From an uncultured Alphaproteobacteria bacterium (GTDB taxonomy: Bacteria; Pseudomonadota; Alphaproteobacteria; Rhizobiales; Xanthobacteraceae): a stretch of DNA of 64,000 nucleotides. The notes beneath the pieces are model-generated. The model did not search any database and had not been told where the DNA came from. It worked only from the letters and a program-made list of their open reading frames with translations. Below are positions 1 through 8,922 of this stretch, piece by piece. The number at the start of each line of letters is the position of its first letter. Positions within the stretch are counted from its first letter, which is position 1. The stretch covers positions 7,225-71,224 of the forward strand of contig CAVUHE010000021.1 of assembly GCA_963741185.1 (NCBI GenBank), written 5' to 3'. The translations under genes and the position numbers were made by a program.

Positions 1-814
1 AGCCAAGTCGACCGTCCTTTCCATCGAGGAGGAGGCGATTATCGTCGCTTTCCGGCGGCATACGCTGCTGCCGCTCGACGATTGCCTCTATGCGCTGCAG
101 CCGACCGTACCGCATCTGACGCGGTCATCCCTGCATCGCTGCCTTCAGCGCCACGGTATCAGCCGATTGCCGGAGGTCGAAGGCGGCAAGCCGTCGAAGA
201 AGAAGTTCAAGACCTATCCGATCGGCTATTTCCATATCGATATCGCTGAGGTCCAGACCGCTGAAGGCAAGCTCTACCTCTACGTCGCCATCGATCGCAC
301 CAGCAAGTTCGCCTTCGTGCAACTGGTCAGGAAGACCGGAAGGACCTCCGCCTCAGCCTTCCTCGAAGCTCTGATCGCGGCTGTCCCCTACAAGATCCAC
401 ACGGTTCTCACCGACAATGGGATCCAATTCACTTTCCCGCCGCGCTACGCCGATGGCCCGACGGCAAGATACGCGACGCATATGTTCGATATGCGCTGTC
501 GGGAAAATGGCATCGAGCATCGGCTGACCAAGATCAAGCATCCATGGACGAACGGCCAGGTCGAGCGCATGAACCGGACGATCAAGGAAGCGACCGTTCA
601 ACGCTATCATTACGATCGACACGATCAGCTCGAAGCACATCTTGCCGACTTCATCAACGCCTACAACTACGCTCGGCGGCTGAAGACCCTGAAGGGCCTC
701 ACGCCTTACGAGTACATCTGCAAATGCTGGACTTCCCAGCCAGAACGATTCAAACTTAATCCGCTCCAGCAAATGCCGGGACTAAACATCTAGCAAGGGG
801 CCAACATGTTTACA
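1..814 (+). mobile_element. IS481-family insertion sequence, 3' portion (left part outside window)
   Basis: Holds an rve/DDE transposase ORF that runs off the 5' window edge. Possible right end ...TGTTTACA at about 807-814. No partner inverted repeat is visible, so the end is unverified. Confidence 0.6.
2..793 (+). CDS. IS481-family transposase (integrase core domain), N-terminus truncated by window edge
   Basis: The frame stays open from base 2, in frame with track ORF 167..793. Motifs YVAIDRTSKF, LTDNG and HPWTNGQVERMNRTIK are typical of the rve DDE domain. Confidence 0.85.
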   Translation, partial: AKSTVLSIEEEAIIVAFRRHTLLPLDDCLYALQPTVPHLTRSSLHRCLQRHGISRLPEVEGGKPSKKKFKTYPIGYFHIDIAEVQTAEGKLYLYVAIDRTSKFAFVQLVRKTGRTSASAFLEALIAAVPYKIHTVLTDNGIQFTFPPRYADGPTARYATHMFDMRCRENGIEHRLTKIKHPWTNGQVERMNRTIKEATVQRYHYDRHDQLEAHLADFINAYNYARRLKTLKGLTPYEYICKCWTSQPERFKLNPLQQMPGLNI

Positions 815-968
815 TCGACGTGCAACCGGAGCGGATCGAACGAGCAATTGCCGACGATTTAGCATTCCTCGCCGCGCACCCGGTGCGCCAATCAAAAACG
901 CGGATCGGCTAAAGTAACAAGGCTGAGGCGGTAACGACCAGGGCGCGGGGCTCGGGTCCGCGGAAATG

Positions 969-1132
969 AAAGAGGCCGCCGACCAGGGGCGACCTCTTTT
1001 TACTGATGGGACGCCTTGGAGTGCCCAGGAGTCTAGGGCGAGCCATCAACCGGACAGGATATGGGCTCCTGCTCGGTATGTGAAAAACCTAGCTGAGCTT
1101 CCGCCCCGAGGCTTTGATGCGGATCAAACTCT
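969..1132. repeat. about 160-bp repeat, copy A (copy B at 63509..63668)
   Basis: Shared blocks AAGAGGCCGCC..ACC.G..CCTCTT.TTACTGA...GCCTTGGAGT, GCTCGGT.TGAA..AAACCTA and TTGATGCGGATCAAAC. Starts with a GC hairpin. Confidence 0.6.
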
Positions 1133-1171
1133 AACCGGGAGGCACGGGGAGCCCGGTCGAACCTGAATTTC

Positions 1172-1357
1172 TCATTTCGCTTCTTTAGCCTGATTGCGTA
1201 TTGCTCTATCGATGAACCTCATCGCACTTAAAATTGCGTCGCCCTTCGAGGGGGACACGCCCGTCTTGGTCTTGTTTTCATCTAGCTGCACGATCCATTT
1301 GAAGCCGGTCGGATTGGCTGTTTGTAGGACCTGATACTGGATGCCCTTGTGTTCCAT
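1172..1357 (-). CDS. small hypothetical protein (61 aa)
   Basis: Track ORF MEHKGIQYQVLQTANPTGFKW... is compact and ends right beside repeat copy A. No recognised domain. Confidence 0.45.
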   Translation of the reverse strand: MEHKGIQYQVLQTANPTGFKWIVQLDENKTKTGVSPSKGDAILSAMRFIDRAIRNQAKEAK

Positions 1358-1544
1358 CGGACAAATAGACGCTTATTCAGAGGTTGCGTCGATAGGCTCA
1401 ACATCACTCTAGCCGGACACCTGAACCAACAGCCGGGTTAGGTCAAACGCTCTGGGTGTTGATGTGGATCAAACCGCGCGGCTCGAATGGGAACAAAAAT
1501 TCCAATTCTAAGTTACGGGTGAAAGAATTCGGGAGGATTCTCCC

Positions 1545-1736
1545 ATGGATCAAATAACGCACTGCCCCAAATGCGGAAAACGACGAGTCCCGGTTGTCAC
1601 CTTCTCCGGCCGCACCGACCTCCAATGCATAAGCTGCGACGACCCCGCAGCAAAATGGGCTGAAAGTCCGCCGATGGCCCTTGAGAACCCAATCGTTGCG
1701 GAAGCCGTTCAGCCAGTCGGTGGGCAGGTCACCTAG
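1545..1736 (+). CDS. small zinc-ribbon protein (CxxC...CxxC)
   Basis: ATG preceded by GGGAGGA. Contains HCPKCG...CISCDD. Confidence 0.5.
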   Translation: MDQITHCPKCGKRRVPVVTFSGRTDLQCISCDDPAAKWAESPPMALENPIVAEAVQPVGGQVT

Positions 1737-2171
1737 TCGTCATCTTAACCTAACAGCTTGCCGGTCTTTCGATTGAGGAAGTGCAGCCTAGCGCAGGCGG
1801 CGCAAATTGCCGAGCTCGGCCGCAAGCCATAAGCGGAGCTCGCGTAGGCAGTCTCGTATCAGGTCTTCCCGAGTGATCCACGCCGTGTATCTCATCGGTC
1901 CGCCACACTCGGCGTCAAAAGATGGCCGCCGCACTCTTGGGGATGCGACGGCCAGGTGTTGGGGGAAGCTGCCTGAACGAAAAACCGAGGAATGGCTACC
2001 CGCCCAGGTCAACGCGAGCCTACGTCCGGACGCTTACAGCAGCCTTACAGCTCCGAGATCAAAGTTTGCACCGTTCTGGCGCGAACGACCCCTATACCTC
2101 AACGCCGTGTTAGGCTTTGCAAAGTTGACGGCATCCCGCCGCCAGCGGGTGTGCAAAGGGGGTACATTGCC

Positions 2172-2558
2172 ATGACAGTGAGATTGTACTTTGCGATCTT
2201 TGCGGTTCTCTCACTTCTTTTCGGGATAGGTTTCGTGCTGGCTCCGGGCCAAGTCCTCAGCAACTACGGTGTTGAAGATTCGCCCGATGTCGCGCTGATG
2301 TCACGACTATTCGGAGGGACATTGCTCGCGCTTGCCGTGATACTCTGGTGCGCCCGGGACTTCTCAGAGGCTGCGGTTCGGCCGGTACTCATCGGGCTCT
2401 GCGTCGCGGACGTTATCAATTTCGTGGTCTCAGTTACGGCCACAATGGCCGGAACCGTGAATGCGATGGGATGGAGCACGGTGCTGATCTATCTCTGCGG
2501 GGCTGTCGGGGCCGGATATTTCCTGACCGCAGGCAATCCACAGCAGCGCACGGCATAG
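2172..2558 (+). CDS. integral membrane protein (about 4 TM), unknown function
   Basis: Internal ATG of track ORF 1992..2558. Hydrophobic segments run from MTVRLYFAIFAVLSLLFGIGFVLAPG onward. The upstream part of the ORF looks like non-coding Arg/Pro-rich sequence. Confidence 0.6.
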   Translation: MTVRLYFAIFAVLSLLFGIGFVLAPGQVLSNYGVEDSPDVALMSRLFGGTLLALAVILWCARDFSEAAVRPVLIGLCVADVINFVVSVTATMAGTVNAMGWSTVLIYLCGAVGAGYFLTAGNPQQRTA

Positions 2559-2563
2559 CTTAG

Positions 2564-2601
2564 CAAAAAATGACCGCCGCAGCCGGGAAGCGCGGCGGTC
2601 A
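2564..2601 (-). terminator. rho-independent terminator for the DUF3096-like gene
   Basis: Stem TGACCGCCGC...GCGGCGGTCA followed on the minus strand by TTTTTTGC. Confidence 0.6.
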
Positions 2602-2715
2602 AGGATTGAGCCCAAGAGGGGGTAGGAAAGTCCCTCCGAGGCAAGATTTTACATGCATATTCCGGGCCGGCACCCAGCCCAGGATTCGTTTTCATTGGCA
2701 GGCCTCACCGGCTTT

Positions 2716-2874
2716 CTATTTGACCATGTGATAGATCCCGTTCAGCCCGAGAAGGCCAACGAAGATCAGATACAGCGCCACTGCGAAGCTCATGACCCGA
2801 GGCGCGACTATGAGGAACACTCCCGCGGCCAAGGTAGCGATCGGCAAAAGTGGATTTGCAGCATCGAGGTGCAT
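2716..2874 (-). CDS. DUF3096-like small membrane protein (52 aa, below the ORF-track cutoff)
   Basis: Hand translation gives MHLDAANPLLPIATLAAGVFLIVAPRVMSFAVALYLIFVGLLGLNGIYHMVK, followed by a strong terminator. Confidence 0.6.
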   Translation of the reverse strand: MHLDAANPLLPIATLAAGVFLIVAPRVMSFAVALYLIFVGLLGLNGIYHMVK

Positions 2875-3617
2875 CTGGAGTTTATACCAGATTCGAATGC
2901 TTCACCGACCGGCTGGCGCGCGCACGGTGCGATTGCCGAGATCGATGGGCCTTCGGGAGCCCGCAAATCCCGGACTCACCAGCAGCCTTCCTAGAGTCAG
3001 GGCGAGGCATCGAAACGAAAGCCCGCCAACCGAGGCGGCTCGTCTCAAAAATTGAATTGTTTCGCAATTGGCCGGTCTTAGTAGTCTTCCACTCAGGGAG
3101 AGAGGCGGGCCATGGATGTGCTTGTTGACGGGTTCGACGTCTTCGGCGTTCACATCCAATATTGGATGCTACTCGCCGTTGCCTCGGTTGCCATTGCCCT
3201 CAGTTTGAGCCGGCGGCCATCCTAGAGTCGCGGCAGGTGGATTCGATCGCCCGACGCTTACGGCGCGAGATAAGCGTCGACTGCATGAGCTGCAAAGATG
3301 GCTGCGCAAAACAGCCCCAGGATTACCGCGATCACTTCGATCATTTTGACGCACCGGTTACACACCACTGCGTATGTGTAATAGGCGATCCTGGTTTCAT
3401 GCCGGCTTCTTCGGGTCCGGAAAATGGTTTCGTCGGGGCCTTGGTCGCGCGCCTTTATTGCATGTAATTCACAAAGAGAACCGACCCATAAACCATGGCC
3501 GGAAGGCCGATCCCTGACGCAACCAACAGATCAAGCCACATGCGCTGCCCCCAGCATTGCAACAGATGCGCGAGTTGGACTTGAAATTGTGTCAGCACAT
3601 TGTCTGGGGGGTGGGGG

Positions 3618-3652
3618 TGGTGGGCGGTGACGGGATCGAACCGCCGACCCGC
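3618..3652 (-). other. orphan tRNA 3' fragment (T-arm, acceptor 3' strand and CCA)
   Basis: The reverse complement reads ...GGGTC GGCGG TTCGATC CCGTC ACCGCCC A CCA. No matching 5' acceptor strand (GGGCGGT), D-arm or anticodon arm lies upstream. The sequence differs from the neighbouring tRNA-Pro. Confidence 0.6.
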
Positions 3653-3740
3653 TGCGGCATCTTGTCTTCCCATGGTCTTCCCAATCGATAATTCTGGGAA
3701 GATTTTGACTTGAGAACACCTATTAAGTACCTGATTTCAT

Positions 3741-3817
3741 TGGTCGGGGCAGCTGGATTCGAACCAACGACCTGCAGTACCCAAAACTGCCGCGCTACCA
3801 GGCTGCGCTATACCCCG
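3741..3817 (-). tRNA. tRNA-Pro (anticodon UGG)
   Basis: Reverse complement is CGGGGTATAGCGCAGCCTGGTAGCGCGGCAGTTTTGGGTACTGCAGGTCGTTGGTTCGAATCCAGCTGCCCCGACCA. The cloverleaf folds, the anticodon loop is TTTGGGT and CCA is encoded. Confidence 0.95.
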
Positions 3818-3939
3818 ATCCTTGGGAAACGTCGTCGATACACGCTTAGGGCCTTGCCAGCAAGACAGATGCATTGCGGCCGAAACCAGCCCAATCGCAT
3901 CGTTCCGAGTGAGTCGAACCAAGACCTCGACTTCGATTT

Positions 3940-4518
3940 CTAGCGTCCATTGAAAAGCGGATGAGCCACGCGATCCCCGGGCGCGATACCGTACTTCTGG
4001 GCCGTACCAGCGATCACTTCCAACACCCCCTTCGCCAGCCCTCTCGACGGAATGATCTTGGTGGACAGCGGTTCGGTATTCTCTGCGATCCGCAGGATCC
4101 GGCCGTCGGCCCGAATGAAGATCATGTCGAGTGAGATGTAGGTATTCTTCATCCACATCGACACTTCCTGTTCCGGCGAAAAATCGAACAGCATGCCTTT
4201 CCCGTCGGCCAGTTCCTTGCGGTACATCAGCCCGGTGGTCTTCTCTTCTTCTGTCGTAGCCATCTCCACCGCGAACACCTGCACGCCCGTTTTGGTCACG
4301 ATCTCCAGCGGCTGAATGCTTGCCGATCGGGCCTCCACACCGGTGAATATAAAGAGTGCGCTCGCCAGGGCGATTGCTATCCAAGATCGGGCGCGCAGGG
4401 ACCGACCAACACATCCAGGAAAATTCGTAAGCAACGCGCACCTCAACCACAGAAAATTTCGACCAGCCCTTCCGGCAAGCCCGGCCGATTGTCCACAAGA
4501 AAACGCTCGTTCAATCAC
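3940..4518 (-). CDS. DUF192 domain protein (start uncertain)
   Basis: Core sequence KTTGLMYRKELADGKGMLFDF...MWMKNTYISLDMIF is typical of DUF192. An N-terminal signal-like segment is present. Confidence 0.8.
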   Translation of the reverse strand: MIERAFSCGQSAGLAGRAGRNFLWLRCALLTNFPGCVGRSLRARSWIAIALASALFIFTGVEARSASIQPLEIVTKTGVQVFAVEMATTEEEKTTGLMYRKELADGKGMLFDFSPEQEVSMWMKNTYISLDMIFIRADGRILRIAENTEPLSTKIIPSRGLAKGVLEVIAGTAQKYGIAPGDRVAHPLFNGR

Positions 4519-4690
4519 CAGCCCACGGCCAATCGCTCAAGTCGTCGCAATCAGCCACTGTCTGCCGAGGAACGCGCATCGACCGTAGCCCGATGATCGT
4601 GGCAAATACCAGACTTCGGCACGGACAGTGGCGCCATTTTCGGCGCTCATCCCGCCACACTGGTGGCGCAATCGCTGGCGTTTGGATCGG

Positions 4691-5371
4691 CTAATGCGAG
4701 GAAAGTCCGGGCGCCCCGGTTTCCGGCTGAATTTCCGCCGCCATCATGCCTTTGGAACCAGGTCCGAACCGGACCAGCACATATTGGCCGGGGCGCAACT
4801 CTGTCATTCCGTAGCGGCGCAAGGTTTCCATGTGGACAAAAATGTCCGGGGTGCCCTCCCCGCAGGTCAGGAAACCGAAACCACGCAGGCGGTTGAACCA
4901 TTTGACCTGCGCCCGTTCCAGACCGCTGGTCGGGGTGACACTGACATGGGTCCGCGGCGGCAGCATCTGCGCCGGATGGATCGCCGTCAACTCGTCCATC
5001 GAGATGATACGGAAGGCTTGATACCCCTTCGCCCGCTGCACACACTCACATACCAGACGCGCGCCTTCGTATGCGGTCTGGTAGCCATCGCGTCGCAGCA
5101 CGGTGACGTGCAGAAGCACATCGGGCCAGCCATTATCGGGAACGATAAAGCCGTAGCCCTTTGATGCATCGAACCATTTGATGACGCCGCTGATCTCGAC
5201 GAGATTGGCGGCCGCATCCCCCAGGCCTTGCAGGGCATCTATCGCCGGATCACGCTGACCTCCGGCCACAAATTCACCCGACCCAAGCCGGCTTGGTCCC
5301 GCCCCGCCGGGCGGCACACCTCCGAGCTTTTTGGACTCAAATCCGTCCGACCCCATGACCCCGGACCCCAC
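4691..5371 (-). CDS. cold-shock domain protein with two CSDs
   Basis: Two CSD cores: VIKWFDASKGYGFIVPD and VKWFNRLRGFGFLT. Confidence 0.85.
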   Translation of the reverse strand: MGSGVMGSDGFESKKLGGVPPGGAGPSRLGSGEFVAGGQRDPAIDALQGLGDAAANLVEISGVIKWFDASKGYGFIVPDNGWPDVLLHVTVLRRDGYQTAYEGARLVCECVQRAKGYQAFRIISMDELTAIHPAQMLPPRTHVSVTPTSGLERAQVKWFNRLRGFGFLTCGEGTPDIFVHMETLRRYGMTELRPGQYVLVRFGPGSKGMMAAEIQPETGAPGLSSH

Positions 5372-5551
5372 ACATGATCAACGTCCCCGCCATCAAAGGC
5401 GCCGCTGCACGCCCAACCATGAAAAGTTCATGATGACGCCACGCGAATCTCTTGAATCAAAAGATAACACTCCCGCTTGCGGCGCATAGACAAAAATCGA
5501 TTCTCCGGGAACCTATGAACAGGCTTGCGTGGTCGCGAATCAATTTTGGCA

Positions 5552-6313
5552 TCAATTGCCCACGAACGGCCCGAGGGTTTCCCCGATGTCATACCGGATC
5601 ACCAGATCGGCCAAGTCATCCTGCTCGGTAGGCTCGTTGTTGATAATCACCAGGCGGGCGCCAGAATTCTTGGCCAGCAACGGCAAACCGGCGGCTGGCC
5701 AGACCACCAGCGACGACCCGATCGCGATAAACAACTCGCATTGTTGAGCAAGTTCAGTGGCGCGACGCATCGCCTCTTCCGGCATCGCCTGCCCAAAGGA
5801 GATGGTCGCGGTCTTCACCGGCTCATCGCAGATCGTGCAATCTGGCGCACTTCCGGAGGTATCGAAGCGCTGTCTGACCCAGGCCAGATCGTAGGCCTGC
5901 CCGCACCCGATACAGCGTGCGTAAGTTGTGTTGCCGTGGAGCTCAATCACATGGTCCTCGGCGAAACCTGAGACCTGATGCAAATTGTCAATGTTCTGGG
6001 TAACGATGGCGGGAACCTTGCCGGCCCTGTAAAGTGAGGCGAGCGCGCGATGGCCGCGCCCGGGCTTGGCCGCGGCGAAGGTCGGCTCCATGGCAAAGCG
6101 ACGCCGCCAGGCTTCATTGCGCGCGTCCGCGCTGGCAACAAATTCATCAAATGGGATAGGCCGGTTGCGGGTCCACAATCCGCCCGGCGAGCGAAAATCC
6201 GGAATACCGCACTCGGTCGAAATACCGGCACCCGTAAAGGGAACGATGACAGAAGCCTCGGCGATCATGTCGCCGAGTTGCTCCACACCGCTGCGAATGT
6301 CCGAGGCAATCAC
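5552..6313 (-). CDS. cobB: NAD-dependent protein deacylase (Sir2/CobB family)
   Basis: Contains GAGISTECGIPDFRS, QNIDNLH and the zinc motifs CxxC...CxxC. GTG at 6313 gives a typical length of about 253 aa. The longer track ORF to 6583 has an implausible N-terminus. Confidence 0.85.
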   Translation of the reverse strand: MIASDIRSGVEQLGDMIAEASVIVPFTGAGISTECGIPDFRSPGGLWTRNRPIPFDEFVASADARNEAWRRRFAMEPTFAAAKPGRGHRALASLYRAGKVPAIVTQNIDNLHQVSGFAEDHVIELHGNTTYARCIGCGQAYDLAWVRQRFDTSGSAPDCTICDEPVKTATISFGQAMPEEAMRRATELAQQCELFIAIGSSLVVWPAAGLPLLAKNSGARLVIINNEPTEQDDLADLVIRYDIGETLGPFVGN

Positions 6314-6551
6314 TTTCGAATGATCCGACGCTTGGGCTGCAACAATTACAGCACGGCCGGGCGAATTACCAATTCGATGTAACGCGGACAAGCAATCGCC
6401 GGCCCTGCGCTCCGCCGCTACGGCCGGCTCCTTTGGGGCGAGCGCCACAACAAGCCCACAACTTTGTCCACAATCACAATCCTGCAACGCCGTATCCCCA
6501 TTCACGCCCCAATCTCGGACGCCAATCGACACGGGACACGACTCAAAAGGG

Positions 6552-6743
6552 ATGGGTATGACCAGGAAAGACGACCGCCGCACTCAAGAGCGCGAAGAAA
6601 TCGTTGCGCGTGTGGCAAGCTTCAAAGCCACTCAGGAGAAATTCAAACGCGAGCGCGAGGAATATTTTTTCGCGACACTCGATAGTGCGCGCCACAACGA
6701 AAATTCTCGCCGCGTACTTGAAATCCCGCCCTTCTGGTCGTGA
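6552..6743 (+). CDS. small highly charged hypothetical protein
   Basis: Track ORF MGMTRKDDRRTQEREEIVARVASFKATQEKFKREREEYF... No recognised domain. Confidence 0.4.
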   Translation: MGMTRKDDRRTQEREEIVARVASFKATQEKFKREREEYFFATLDSARHNENSRRVLEIPPFWS

Positions 6744-6827
6744 TCAAGCACCGGGGGCGCTCTTACCAAACGGAGCCCCGGCAGATTCTGAGGGCGTCGC
6801 CTCGCGCCAACAAGACAACAATTTCGT

Positions 6828-6867
6828 CTCCAAACGGAAAGAGCCCGGACACGCGTTCCGGGCTCTT
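6828..6867 (-). terminator. rho-independent terminator after the Gly/Tyr-rich gene
   Basis: Stem AAGAGCCCGGA/TCCGGGCTCTT with a minus-strand tail TTTCCGTTTGG. Confidence 0.55.
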
Positions 6868-6887
6868 CGCGCCTAACGGTCCAACTC

Positions 6888-7169
6888 TTACCAATAGTGG
6901 CGGTGCCAATAGCGGTGACGCCAATACGGTCCGCCGTCATAGGCATAACCCGGTCCGTAATACGCCGGCCCGTAATAGCCTGGACCGTATCCGTAATATC
7001 CGTAGCCTGGTCCGTAATAACCATAAGCGCCTGCTGCACCCGCAGCAATTGCGCCTGCGGCGAGACCGAAAGCCAGTCCCGGTCCAATGCCGCGCGCTTG
7101 CGCCGGCGCGGTCATGGTGGTTGCGCCAACCGTCGCAACCGTGGCCAGAATTGCGAGCGTTTTCTTCAT
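6888..7169 (-). CDS. secreted Gly/Tyr-rich low-complexity protein
   Basis: MKKTLAILATVATVGATTMTAPAQA signal peptide, then GYYGPGYGYYGYGPGYYGP repeats. SD GGAGGAG lies upstream of ATG 7169. Confidence 0.65.
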   Translation of the reverse strand: MKKTLAILATVATVGATTMTAPAQARGIGPGLAFGLAAGAIAAGAAGAYGYYGPGYGYYGYGPGYYGPAYYGPGYAYDGGPYWRHRYWHRHYW

Positions 7170-7325
7170 GTGTCTCTCCTCCATCGCTACCCGATCGATA
7201 ACGCGGAGGTTTTCCGATGGTTGCAAACGGAACCTCATATCGCCGCGGAACAAAAAGCGCAGTACGTGCGCGAGCCATCCTGCGCGATCGGAACAAACCA
7301 GAGGAGGCCATGGAAAAATGAGCGT

Positions 7326-7352
7326 GCAAAAAGGGCGGCCCAAACGAGCCGC
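7326..7352 (-). terminator. rho-independent terminator after the BA14K gene
   Basis: Stem GCGGC/GCCGC with a minus-strand tail CCTTTTTGC. Confidence 0.5.
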
Positions 7353-7375
7353 TCGCTTCGCTTACTCATTGATTG

Positions 7376-7930
7376 CTACGGACAAGGGTGTCTCAAGCCA
7401 TCAAAGCCGAGATACGTTCCCGTCGCGGGATCGTAGGATCGATAGCGCTGCGCGCAATAGGAGGGATCGCTTCCCTGAGCGACAACGCCCACTTCAGCCG
7501 GATATACGGTGGCGTAGTCGCCGCCATCGTAATAGTCGTTGTAGGCATAGGTATCGCCATAATAGTACGGATCGGAGTAGCCATAGCCGTAGCCTAACGC
7601 GCTCCCCGCCGCCAAACCTGCGACGAAGCCCGCACCTCGGCCCCAGCCGCGATCACGGTCGCCGCGGAAGCCCTCTTGACGGAATCCACCTTGGGCGAAT
7701 TGCGCGCCACCGCCGCGCGAACTTGCTTGAGCGCCGCGGAAGTTTGCTTGAGCGCCACCGAATGTGGTGCTACCCGCGCGCATGCCGCCGGGATTTGCAC
7801 CACCGACATGCATGCCGCCGCCGACGTGCATCCCTCCTCCACCGCCGCGCATGTGTTGCGCCAACGCCGGGGTTGCAACTGCCAATGAGAGGGACAGGGC
7901 CGTGGCCCCAAAGATTCCTAGTCTGGACAT
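7376..7930 (-). CDS. BA14K-family secreted protein with a Gly-rich region
   Basis: The C-terminus YCAQRYRSYDPATGTYLGFDGLRHPC matches the BA14K motif. Signal peptide MSRLGIFGATALSLSLAVATPALA. Confidence 0.75.
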   Translation of the reverse strand: MSRLGIFGATALSLSLAVATPALAQHMRGGGGGMHVGGGMHVGGANPGGMRAGSTTFGGAQANFRGAQASSRGGGAQFAQGGFRQEGFRGDRDRGWGRGAGFVAGLAAGSALGYGYGYSDPYYYGDTYAYNDYYDGGDYATVYPAEVGVVAQGSDPSYCAQRYRSYDPATGTYLGFDGLRHPCP

Positions 7931-8117
7931 CCTGTTTCTCCATGAAGGATATGAGGGCAAACATCGGCGCCGGAGGATCGTTCCAATGCATCGGGCCTTC
8001 TTTGTCGGAACTGCCTCGCCGGTTTCGCGGGGCCGCGCAACGACCCTGCCCTCGTCGACATTTTGCTGCTATTGAGTTCCAGGGAACGCTTCAAATTCTT
8101 CAGGGAGTAAGAGAAAC

Positions 8118-8567
8118 ATGCGATATCTTCACACCATGCTGCGCGTACGCAATCTCGACATCGCACTCAAATTCTACCGTGACGCGCTGGGATTGAAGGA
8201 AGTTCGTCGCGTCGACAACGACAAGGGAAAATTCACGCTGGTGTTCCTGTGTGCCCCCGAAGACGAAGGGATACTGAAGGCATCGAAGGGACGCGGCGCG
8301 CCACTGGTGGAGCTCACTTACAACTGGGACGAAGAGAAATATGGCGAGGATCGCCATTTCGGCCACCTCGCCTACGAGGTCGACGACATCTACGCGACCT
8401 GCGATCGCTTGATGAAACTCGGCATCACCATCAATCGGCCGCCGCGCGACGGTCAGATGGCTTTCGTCCGCTCACCGGATCTGCATTCGATCGAACTTCT
8501 GCAAAAAGGCGACGCGAAGCCGCCGGCCGAGCCGTGGACCTCGATGCCGAACACGGGCCATTGGTAA
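8118..8567 (+). CDS. gloA: lactoylglutathione lyase (glyoxalase I)
   Basis: [14 protein letters not shown]...ELTYNW...GHLAY...[10 protein letters not shown]. Confidence 0.9.
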   Translation: MRYLHTMLRVRNLDIALKFYRDALGLKEVRRVDNDKGKFTLVFLCAPEDEGILKASKGRGAPLVELTYNWDEEKYGEDRHFGHLAYEVDDIYATCDRLMKLGITINRPPRDGQMAFVRSPDLHSIELLQKGDAKPPAEPWTSMPNTGHW

Positions 8568-8685
8568 ACGAGCGTGCGCACGCCTGCGAGCGGTGGCTTC
8601 TGAAAAATCCCGTTTCTCGGCAACGGTTGGAACCTCGCCTCTTCGTCCGCGTTCCCAAATGCATCGATGATTCATGGAGGCGATA

Positions 8686-8766
8686 ATGGGACGAGGAATT
8701 CTGCTCTGGCTCTTGGGCGTGCCGATTCCGGTGATCATTCTGCTGTGGTTGCTCTTCGGCCGTTAA
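8686..8766 (+). CDS. 26-aa hydrophobic membrane peptide (below the ORF-track cutoff)
   Basis: MGRGILLWLLGVPIPVIILLWLLFGR. GGAGG lies 6 nt upstream and a strong terminator follows. Confidence 0.5.
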   Translation: MGRGILLWLLGVPIPVIILLWLLFGR

Positions 8767-8793
8767 TCATGGGCGGTCAACTTTTTTGGCACA

Positions 8794-8828
8794 GATCAGG
8801 CTTCGCGGACTGCGAAGCCTGATCTTTT
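8794..8828 (+). terminator. rho-independent terminator
   Basis: GATCAGGCTTCGC-GGACT-GCGAAGCCTGATC followed by TTTT. Confidence 0.7.
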
Positions 8829-8922
8829 CATGACATTCCAGGCGCGGCCGGCCAAAAGACACCTTCTTTTTTTTGAAAATTGAGATATCACCCCGCGGGT
8901 CAACCGTGGGGAGCTAAAAATC

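Noticed and set aside
3258-3344. 28-aa hydrophobic peptide MIEVIAVILGLFCAAIFAAHAVDAYLAP on the minus strand
   Set aside because: It has no Shine-Dalgarno or terminator and sits in apparently decayed DNA. The support is too weak to list as a feature.
3455-3720. Possible two-piece (permuted) alphaproteobacterial tmRNA, suggested by the tRNA-like T-arm/ACCA end at 3618-3652
   Set aside because: Reading the minus strand on both sides, I found no alanine-initiated tag reading frame of the ANDN... type and no complementary 5' acceptor strand. It is better explained as a tRNA 3' fragment.
7087-8196. 369-aa plus-strand ORF
   Set aside because: It is Arg/Ser/His-rich low-complexity sequence lying antisense to the BA14K and Gly/Tyr-rich genes and running into the gloA leader. 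This is a typical high-GC shadow ORF.
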